A stretch of DNA of 35,488 bases, taken from positions 1-35,488 of IMG/VR virus record IMGVR_UViG_3300032295_003689. One strand, written 5' to 3'. Source of the stretch: a virus. Taxonomy: Duplodnaviria; Caudoviricetes. This document shows positions 9,225 through 15,548 of this stretch, piece by piece; positions within the stretch are counted from its first letter, which is position 1, and the number at the start of each line of letters is the position of its first letter. Position numbers and translations under genes: made by a program. The notes beneath the pieces were generated by a model that ran no database searches, had not been told where the DNA came from, and worked only from the letters and a program-made list of their open reading frames with translations.

Positions 9225-10121
9225 TCACGCCGCCCGCGCCGTCTCCTCCTCCGGCACGAAAAAACATCGCTTGTGCAGCTTCATCAGCCTCGGCAGCTGC
9301 ACCTTCTTCCGATTGATCAGGCAATACAGCGCATGCCCCGTCGTTCCCAGTCGCGCCGCCTCACGATCCAGCCATGCCCGATAAGTCAGATGCCCCTCCG
9401 GCACCTCACCCGCCCGCAGCCGCGCCTCCGCCTTCACCGACTTCTTTGAACGGCACAGCTCCCGCCGCGCCGCCACCGACTCCGCATCCTGCGCATCCGC
9501 CTCAAACGCCCGCAGCACTGAAGTCAGCCGCTCCCGCACCTGCGGCGTGCAAACCGTCCGCCGGCCTCTCAGGATGCCATGCACCGTATTCAGGCCCACC
9601 GTCCCCATCCGCTCCCGCAGACGGTTCAGCACCAGTCCCTCCGCCACCGCCTTCTGCAGACGGATGCGCAGCACCCCCACCTCCGCCGCGATCACCGAGC
9701 GCGCCGCCTCCTTCGCCGCCATCCGCTGCGCCGCATCCGCCCGGCGCTTCTCCCACACCCGCGGCCGACGCCGCCCCATCACCGCCGCCGCCCCGTGCGC
9801 CTGCACCTCCGCCACCATCTCCAGATGCCGCGCGCGACGATCCGCCCGCGCCGCCGCCTCGATCGGCAGGCCCTGCACGCGCTTCGTATTCGCCCAGGAA
9901 GCCGTGCTCACCAGCTCCCCCGTCTCCGCATCCTCCTCCACCGCCAGCAGCCCGCGGCGAAACAGCGCAAAATTCAGCCGTTGGTCCTCCACGGATGCCC
10001 CCGGCATATCCTTCCACGTCCGCCCATTCCACGTCATCTGCCACGGCAAACACCCCGCGCTCGAGCACCGCGTCACCGACGCCCCGTCAACACGGTCAAT
10101 GCTGTCACTCAGGTCACTCAT
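9225..10121 (-). CDS. Hypothetical basic protein, possibly with HTH elements
   Basis: Arg-rich 298-aa ORF; C-terminal AARLGTTGHALYCLINRKK is HTH-like. Confidence 0.6.
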   Translation of the reverse strand: MSDLSDSIDRVDGASVTRCSSAGCLPWQMTWNGRTWKDMPGASVEDQRLNFALFRRGLLAVEEDAETGELVSTASWANTKRVQGLPIEAAARADRRARHLEMVAEVQAHGAAAVMGRRRPRVWEKRRADAAQRMAAKEAARSVIAAEVGVLRIRLQKAVAEGLVLNRLRERMGTVGLNTVHGILRGRRTVCTPQVRERLTSVLRAFEADAQDAESVAARRELCRSKKSVKAEARLRAGEVPEGHLTYRAWLDREAARLGTTGHALYCLINRKKVQLPRLMKLHKRCFFVPEEETARAA

Positions 10122-10366
10122 GCCCCCTCCTCTCCAGAGGCCAGAGCCTCCATTGCATCACGCGCATCACCGCATCCCATCACTCGCTCCGCCAAATCCT
10201 GCGCCAACTCCGTCAGCGCCACATACGCTGCCACCAAAGAGGCATGGCTCGGCGGGTCTTCCCGGTCATAAACCGGCGCTTCCAAGATCATTTCACACAA
10301 ATCCTCCAGTGAAGGTTTGTCTCCCGTTTTGGTTGTCTCTCTGCTCTCTGTTTGGTTTGCTTTCAT
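10118..10366 (-). CDS. Hypothetical protein
   Basis: ATG after a GGAG-containing leader; ATGA overlap with the next gene. Confidence 0.55.
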   Translation of the reverse strand: MKANQTESRETTKTGDKPSLEDLCEMILEAPVYDREDPPSHASLVAAYVALTELAQDLAERVMGCGDARDAMEALASGEEGA

Positions 10367-10416
10367 CGTCTTCCTCCGATGGTTTGGTTTCTGGTTCGTT
10401 GTTCGTAGTCCCGGCT

Positions 10417-10653
10417 TCAGCCGGCTGTTCCGAGTTGCTTCATTGTCGGTCCGGTCACACCGCACGCCTCGCGCTGCGTGTGGTAGGCATGATCACGCAG
10501 GCAGGCGCGGGCATTCGCCGCGCGCATCGCCCGCAGGTTGCCAAATGCCTCGCGGCTGTCGGCGCACTCATGCATCAGGCTCGCCGCACGGGCCGCACCA
10601 GCCACGAAATGCACGGCTAGCAGCAGGTAAGAGGTGGATCGCTTCAGTTTCAT
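10417..10653 (-). CDS. Hypothetical protein
   Basis: Fills the gap in the early operon (MKLKRSTSY...). Confidence 0.4.
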   Translation of the reverse strand: MKLKRSTSYLLLAVHFVAGAARAASLMHECADSREAFGNLRAMRAANARACLRDHAYHTQREACGVTGPTMKQLGTAG

Positions 10654-10693
10654 CGTCGTCGTTAGGTTTAGGGTTCGGTTGCTCTTCAAAGTC

Positions 10694-10759
10694 TCCCGCC
10701 CGCCACCGCCGAGCCCATCGGGCTCTCACTCTCCCCAGAGTGGCGGCAGCGGGCCGGGA
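10694..10759 (-). other. Predicted branched RNA structure (two hairpins on a closing stem) in the early transcript
   Basis: GAGCCC-atc-GGGCTC (10711-25) and CACTCT-cccc-AGAGTG (10727-42), closed by CCGCC/GGCGG, CCCGC/GCGGG and TCCCG/CGGGA. Confidence 0.5.
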
Positions 10760-10765
10760 AAGGGG

Positions 10766-10951
10766 TCACGCCGCCATCGCGGGCGATTCGCCGCTCACCT
10801 GCGGAGCCTGCCGGTGCTGGCGGCGCAGTCGCAGCGCCTCCACCAGGATCGATTCGATCGGCACCTGCCGTTCCAGAGTCTCCGCCAGCAGCTCACGCTG
10901 CTCGTCAGGGTTGAGTCGGTCGCTAAAATCAAGGGTTAGGGTTGCTTTCAT
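10766..10951 (-). CDS. 61-aa cro-position regulator, RHH-like, paralogous to the repressor's second domain
   Basis: First gene of the leftward operon, divergent from the repressor; 13/30 identities to repressor residues 58-87. Confidence 0.7.
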   Translation of the reverse strand: MKATLTLDFSDRLNPDEQRELLAETLERQVPIESILVEALRLRRQHRQAPQVSGESPAMAA

Positions 10952-10954
10952 GTT

Positions 10955-11048
10955 CAATGGGTAACTAAGAGGATTTAAACAGACCCATTGGATATGTCAA
11001 AAGAAAAGTTGCCCATTGTATTAAAACGGGTAATTTTAGTTACCCATG
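10955..11048. promoter_or_regulatory. Divergent promoter/operator region (genetic switch)
   Basis: AT-rich; leftward TTGACA (11000-10995) with a TTAAAT/TAAATC -10 at 16-17 nt; rightward TTGCCC-16nt-TAATTT; five CAATGGGTAAC-like half-sites. Confidence 0.75.
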
Positions 11049-11588
11049 AAACCAGAACTTCTTCTCTCCTTGCGCCAATCTCGCGGCCTCACCCGCGATC
11101 AGCTCGCGCGCGAACTCGGCGGCTGCACCGCGCAAGCCATCGTCAAATGGGAGCGTGGCGAGCGCAGCATCCCCGCATGGGTGGAGGAAAAAATGATGCG
11201 CGCCATCCCCGTCACCCTGCCCCTTGACGAGCTCCAACTGCTTTTGACCGAAGCGCAAAACACCGGCATCCCCGCCGATCAAATCATCGCCGAGGCCTTG
11301 CGTTTGTGGCTCGAAAAAAAAACGGCAGGCCTGAACAAAATCGCTTCACAAAATGAATCTGAGTTAATAAAACCGCGCTCATGGCACCCGAAAAACCCTT
11401 GTGCGCAAACTGCCGATTCCATCACGCCTTTCCACACGTCCGCACCACCGACGGCGACTGCCAACATTGTCCCGCTCCCCACGCAGCACGTGGTCAGCCC
11501 AAACGAAACCTCCAGCGCAGCCCCCACCCCCGAACGCGCCGAAAACCTCGGCCTAACACCTAAACCCCGCCGCAAACGCGGAGCCTGA
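11046..11588 (+). CDS. Phage repressor: XRE HTH + RHH-like domain + low-complexity tail
   Basis: LRQSRGLTRDQLARELGGCTAQAIVKWERG XRE motif; divergent position; no S24 peptidase domain visible. Confidence 0.82.
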   Translation: MKPELLLSLRQSRGLTRDQLARELGGCTAQAIVKWERGERSIPAWVEEKMMRAIPVTLPLDELQLLLTEAQNTGIPADQIIAEALRLWLEKKTAGLNKIASQNESELIKPRSWHPKNPCAQTADSITPFHTSAPPTATANIVPLPTQHVVSPNETSSAAPTPERAENLGLTPKPRRKRGA

Positions 11589-11589
11589 T

Positions 11590-11697
11590 ATGTGGGAATT
11601 CCTCCAAACCATCGGCCAGATCCTCGGCATCGCCGTGCTCGTCATCATCGGCCTTTTCATCGCCGCCGCCGCCTCCCAATCCACCCGCCGCTGGTAA
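11590..11697 (+). CDS. 35-aa single-TM peptide (not in the ORF track)
   Basis: MWEFLQTIGQILGIAVLVIIGLFIAAAASQSTRRW*; ATG 1 nt after the repressor stop. Confidence 0.6.
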   Translation: MWEFLQTIGQILGIAVLVIIGLFIAAAASQSTRRW

Positions 11698-11736
11698 ACC
11701 CGTCAATCCGGTCAACACCGTCCACCCCGTCACCTC

Positions 11737-12138
11737 ATGCAAACCTCCGAACCCATCCAAGCCTGGCGCATGTCGCGCAAAGTCACCAGTGGTGGCAGCG
11801 GATGCCTCGCCGCCATTTGCTACCTCATCGGCATCGGCGGCCTCCTCATCGCCCTACCCGGCGCGGCCATCCTGCCCCTGTCCATCTTTGGCACCGTGCC
11901 CTTTGCCGTCGTGTTCCTCGCCATCGGTTACGCCGTCGATTCCAAAACCTCCCACGTCAGCTACTGCGGCCAGTGCGGCAATCAAGTCGCCGAAACCTCC
12001 ACCCTCTGCCCCTACTGCCACTCCCATCTCCACACCCCACCCAAACGCATCGATTGGGTCTGGGTCACCCTCGCCCTCACCGCCATCGCCGCGCTCATTT
12101 TCTTCTACATCTTCCGCCCCGCCGCCTACATGCCCTAA
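11737..12138 (+). CDS. Membrane protein with a zinc ribbon; candidate superinfection exclusion
   Basis: Two N-terminal TM segments, CGQC...CPYC, C-terminal TM segment; in the immunity operon. Confidence 0.7.
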   Translation: MQTSEPIQAWRMSRKVTSGGSGCLAAICYLIGIGGLLIALPGAAILPLSIFGTVPFAVVFLAIGYAVDSKTSHVSYCGQCGNQVAETSTLCPYCHSHLHTPPKRIDWVWVTLALTAIAALIFFYIFRPAAYMP

Positions 12139-12174
12139 ATCACCGTTCATCACTCCACCACTCCATCACTCCAC

Positions 12175-12207
12175 AAAAAAGGCCGCTCAATTCGAGCGGC
12201 CTTTTTT
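12175..12207. terminator. Bidirectional intrinsic terminator
   Basis: A6-GGCCGCTC-aattc-GAGCGGCC-T6 between the convergent immunity operon and integrase. Confidence 0.9.
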
Positions 12208-12298
12208 ATGCCCAGCACCCTCCTCCTCTTCCTCCTACTCCTACTCCTCCTCCCCAGCCTTCCGGGAGTAAGAGGAAGATGAAGAGTAGCAGGAAGAT

Positions 12299-13534
12299 TC
12301 ACAAACCCACCCCAAACCACCCCTCCCCATCCTCCCGCCTCAACGGCCTCCGGTAACTCCTCCGGATCTCACTCTCGCTATTCCCGCACCACTCCGCCAC
12401 TTGCCCGCGACCGTGCCCCTGCGCGAGCCGATACGAGATATACGAATGCCGCATGACATCCTGCGGCCAGCTTTCAATCAGCCCGCGCTCCCGCAGCAGC
12501 CGCGACACAAACACCTGGTCGTCACTCCGCACGATGTGCCGCGCTTTCCTCCGACCCTGCCGCGCCCCCCAAAACAACTCCGACGCCGTCAGCCGCTCAT
12601 AAAGCAGCCCCCGCACATTCGCCGGGATCGGCACAAACCGCTGCTGCATCACCTTCTGCGCCACATCCGCGTCAACGCACAGATAGCCCCGCTCCCAATC
12701 AAACTTCCCCGGCACCACCCGCCCCATCTCAAACGGCCGCAGGCCCATCCAGCAGCCCACCACGAGGTAAGTCAGCGACTCATTCAGCTCCTCCCGCACC
12801 ACCTGCAAAACACGCCGCGCTAGATCCACCGTCCAGATCTCCGGCACCGTGTCCACCCAGCGCGCCGGCTTGATCAGCTCCGCCGCATGCCCCTCCTCAC
12901 GCACCAGCATCCGCTGTTTCCGTGCCCAATTGAGAAACGTCTTCCAAGTCGCCAGGCGGTTATTGAAATACCGCCATCCAGGCTCCCCGCCATCCGCATT
13001 CGCCCGAGCAATCCACGCCCGCAGCATCCCCTCATCCACATCCGTGATCAGCACATCCCCATACCCGCCCGACTCCACAAAAGCCCGCAGCTCCTTCTGC
13101 ATCCCGCGTTTGTAGAGACCCACCTTGAAGCCCCCCAGAAACGACTCCACCGCCTCCTCCATCGTCGCCTGAATCAGCTTTCCATGCCCCGCGCGCAGAT
13201 AAGCCTCACAAGCCCGCACCACATGCGAAAAGCCGCCCACACGCGCCACCACATCCCGCAGCTGCTCCACCACCGCCGGCAGCGACCGCGCCCCCACGAT
13301 CTCCTTCAGCCCCTCCACCGCCTGCGCCTCCAAAACCGTCACCACCCGCGATCCCGAAGCCCCCGCCAGCTCCCGCACCTTCGCCCGAGCAAACCTCCGC
13401 GCCCGCTCCAGCGACACCGCCGTCGTCGATCGCCCCTTCTTCGCTTCGCGCCACGTGATCGCAAAAAACCCATTCGACCGCGGTTTAATCCGCACCGTCG
13501 CGCCGCCATAGGAAACAATTTCGCCCGCATTCAT
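12299..13534 (-). CDS. int: Tyrosine recombinase/integrase
   Basis: MGLRPFE (R), DVMRHSYISY, CGNS, RRSY (Y); adjacent to attP. Confidence 0.9.
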   Translation of the reverse strand: MNAGEIVSYGGATVRIKPRSNGFFAITWREAKKGRSTTAVSLERARRFARAKVRELAGASGSRVVTVLEAQAVEGLKEIVGARSLPAVVEQLRDVVARVGGFSHVVRACEAYLRAGHGKLIQATMEEAVESFLGGFKVGLYKRGMQKELRAFVESGGYGDVLITDVDEGMLRAWIARANADGGEPGWRYFNNRLATWKTFLNWARKQRMLVREEGHAAELIKPARWVDTVPEIWTVDLARRVLQVVREELNESLTYLVVGCWMGLRPFEMGRVVPGKFDWERGYLCVDADVAQKVMQQRFVPIPANVRGLLYERLTASELFWGARQGRRKARHIVRSDDQVFVSRLLRERGLIESWPQDVMRHSYISYRLAQGHGRGQVAEWCGNSESEIRRSYRRPLRREDGEGWFGVGL

Positions 13535-13743
13535 TACCCACCATTACACACGCCAAAAGGCCAAAAAAAGCCCAAAAAGGCCCAAAACGTCATTTCCCCC
13601 ATCTCCCCCGCCAAAACGCCATTTCCCCCACTAAAACACCCCATTCCACCCTCATAAAAAGTGGTGGAGGCGAGGGGAGTTGAAGCGTTGTGGATTGCCT
13701 ACGTGGACGGAGGTGGCGCGGGCGATTACACGCGTTTTACACA
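13533..13743. other. attP with a core matching a tmRNA (or tRNA-Ala) 3' end at 13662-13684
   Basis: Minus strand reads TTCAACTCCCCTCGCCTCCACCA (T-loop, acceptor strand with U70, CCA); paired arm-type repeats ATTACCCA/ATTACACA (13533, 13543) and ATTACACG/TTTACACA (13725, 13736). Confidence 0.8.
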
Positions 13744-13766
13744 CTCATCGGGGCAAAGCGTGTCCG

Positions 13767-14330
13767 TCACTGCGTCGCTTGGAAGTGCATGGCGTCGCGA
13801 TGCCAGAAGGGTCCGGCGGGGAGCCATCCTTCGCGGGCGAAGGCTTCCATGACTTCGAGTGGCATGATGGCGGAGTTGGGCCAGTGCTGATGGTTCGTGT
13901 TGTTGTCGGGGTCAAAATCGACGGCGGCACCGCGGGCGTGGAGGCTGGGGAGGCTGCCGTTGCGCATGGGGCGGTTGTTGTAGCATCCGGCGTATTTTTC
14001 GAGGATGCTTTTGTGCGGGCTTTGAGCCAGGGCTTCAAGCACGCGGCGGAGGCTGGCGGCGACTTTGAGGTGGCAGCGGATGACGCGGACGGGCTTGCCG
14101 TCGTATTTGATCCCGAGATCGGCGACGTTGAGCGCGGTGAGCTTGGATTCATCGCCAGGCGCGCCGTAGAAGCGCGTGAGGCTGGCTTGATCGGTGGCAG
14201 GCCAAGGGTTGCGCGCGGGCATGAGCTTTTTGAGGTGCGACTGGCAAGCGGCGATGCTTTGAGGCCCCCACCAGCCGTCGGCGGTGACTCCGATGCGGCG
14301 CTGGATGTTTTGGATGTCTTTTAGGTTCAT
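13767..14330 (-). CDS. Endolysin: peptidoglycan-binding motif + M15-family peptidase
   Basis: IQRRIGVTADGWWGPQS; YNNR...SLHARGAAVD; DAMHFQ zinc-peptidase motifs. Confidence 0.85.
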   Translation of the reverse strand: MNLKDIQNIQRRIGVTADGWWGPQSIAACQSHLKKLMPARNPWPATDQASLTRFYGAPGDESKLTALNVADLGIKYDGKPVRVIRCHLKVAASLRRVLEALAQSPHKSILEKYAGCYNNRPMRNGSLPSLHARGAAVDFDPDNNTNHQHWPNSAIMPLEVMEAFAREGWLPAGPFWHRDAMHFQATQ

Positions 14331-14389
14331 GGATGCCGCGGCGGGATTGTCAAAAAGGCCGGACACGCTGAAGCGTGAACAACTTACGC

Positions 14390-14419
14390 AAAACGCCCTC
14401 GCCGGTGAGGGCGAGGGCG
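14390..14419 (-). terminator. Putative intrinsic terminator upstream of the endolysin
   Basis: 10-bp stem CGCCCTCGCC/GGCGAGGGCG followed by TTTT on the minus strand. Confidence 0.55.
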
Positions 14420-14484
14420 CTGTGAGTGCTGCGGCAGCTTTGGGAGGCCGATCACACGGCCTATGGCGCGGGGTGGTGTATAAA

Positions 14485-14973
14485 TTACGGCTGCACGTCC
14501 AGGGGCTGTTTGGCGGGGAGGGCTTTGGGCGCGGGGGCGGGGAGGATGATGGTTTCGGCCTCACGGATGGCGGCGGCGTCGTCGGGGGTCAATGCGCCGC
14601 GTTTGACGGCGACATCGACGGCGAGGTTGACGAGCTGGCCGAGGCGGGCGTTTTGCTCGGGCGTGGAGCAGGCGGGGAGGCTGAGGAGGCAGAGAGCGGC
14701 GATGAGGATCCTCGGGCCGTTGGTGCCGTTGATGATGGCGGAGAGCCAGCCTTTGAGGCCGCGGCCGTTGGCGAGGGCCGTGAGAAATCGCCCAAGGATC
14801 ATGATGCCGAGAATGAGGGCGCTGCCGTAGCTGGCGTATTTGGCGGGCAATGCCTCGGTGACGACCTGCTGGATGGCGGGATCGACGCCGGGGATGGGCG
14901 CGGCGGTTTGCGCGGAGGCGGTGGCGAGGGCGAGGAGGCCGAAGGTGAAGAGGCAGAGAAGGAAGGTTTTCAT
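14485..14973 (-). CDS. Lysis-region membrane protein (holin/spanin candidate)
   Basis: Signal-peptide-like N-terminus, central TM segment, internal lipobox-like LLSLPAC; next to the endolysin. Confidence 0.7.
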   Translation of the reverse strand: MKTFLLCLFTFGLLALATASAQTAAPIPGVDPAIQQVVTEALPAKYASYGSALILGIMILGRFLTALANGRGLKGWLSAIINGTNGPRILIAALCLLSLPACSTPEQNARLGQLVNLAVDVAVKRGALTPDDAAAIREAETIILPAPAPKALPAKQPLDVQP

Positions 14974-15051
14974 GACGTGGGAGGGAGCTTGTCAAAAAAG
15001 CGGCGGAGAATTGAAAATTGAGGAATGGAAATTGGAGATTGGAGAATGGGT

Positions 15052-15489
15052 TCATTGCGGCTGTTCGCCGCAGTCTGCGGCAGGATGCCGCAATCGGCGG
15101 TAGTCTGCGGCAATGCGGTATTCGCGGCCTTCTTTTTGCGGGAGTGGGACGATCTCGCCGGTGGCGATCATGTCGACGACTTCGCGCACACTGACGTTTT
15201 CTTTGGCGGCGACTTCGGCGGTGGTGAGGTAGTCGCGATGCGGGCTGCCTTGGATGAGCTGCGTGGCGGCTTCATCGGTTTTGCCGACGTTGACGGATTG
15301 CGAGACGCCGCGTTTGTCGCCGTAGGCGATTTGCGATTTGAGGACGGCGATCTCGGTGTCGTGGGAAAGGACTTTGGTGACGATCCAGATGGCGAAGATG
15401 GGCGCAAAGTAGATCGCGCCTTTGAAGGCGGCGGCGTGGATGTTTCCAAGGCGGATGATTTCGCGGCCTTCTCCATCTTCGATGCTCAT
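15052..15489 (-). CDS. TM protein with a C-terminal HTH_17-like domain
   Basis: AIYFAPIFAIWIVTKVL TM segment; YLTTAEVAAKENVSVREVVDMIATGEI...GREYRI. Confidence 0.7.
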   Translation of the reverse strand: MSIEDGEGREIIRLGNIHAAAFKGAIYFAPIFAIWIVTKVLSHDTEIAVLKSQIAYGDKRGVSQSVNVGKTDEAATQLIQGSPHRDYLTTAEVAAKENVSVREVVDMIATGEIVPLPQKEGREYRIAADYRRLRHPAADCGEQPQ

Positions 15490-15548
15490 GGCGGTGGCGG
15501 GGTGTTTGCGGTTCGAGGAAAGCCAGCTCACAGAGCTGGCCTACAGGG

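Noticed and set aside
435-10620. Many long plus-strand ORFs over the early region (e.g. 1831-3474, 5772-6800, 9547-10620)
   Set aside because: Pro/Arg/His-rich shadow frames antisense to motif-bearing genes; expected at high GC with strong codon bias
12219-12298. CTCCTA/GAGTAG-like hexamer tracts forming an imperfect inverted repeat after int
   Set aside because: Low-complexity; cannot be told apart from a generic intergenic repeat
13662-13684. Possible tRNA/tmRNA gene
   Set aside because: Only the T-loop and 3' acceptor strand are present; no matching 5' half, so it is treated as the att core
15056-15118. TGCGG/CCGCA repeats at the 3' end of the TM-HTH gene
   Set aside because: Short, GC-rich and largely coding; could be a hairpin region but no function can be supported
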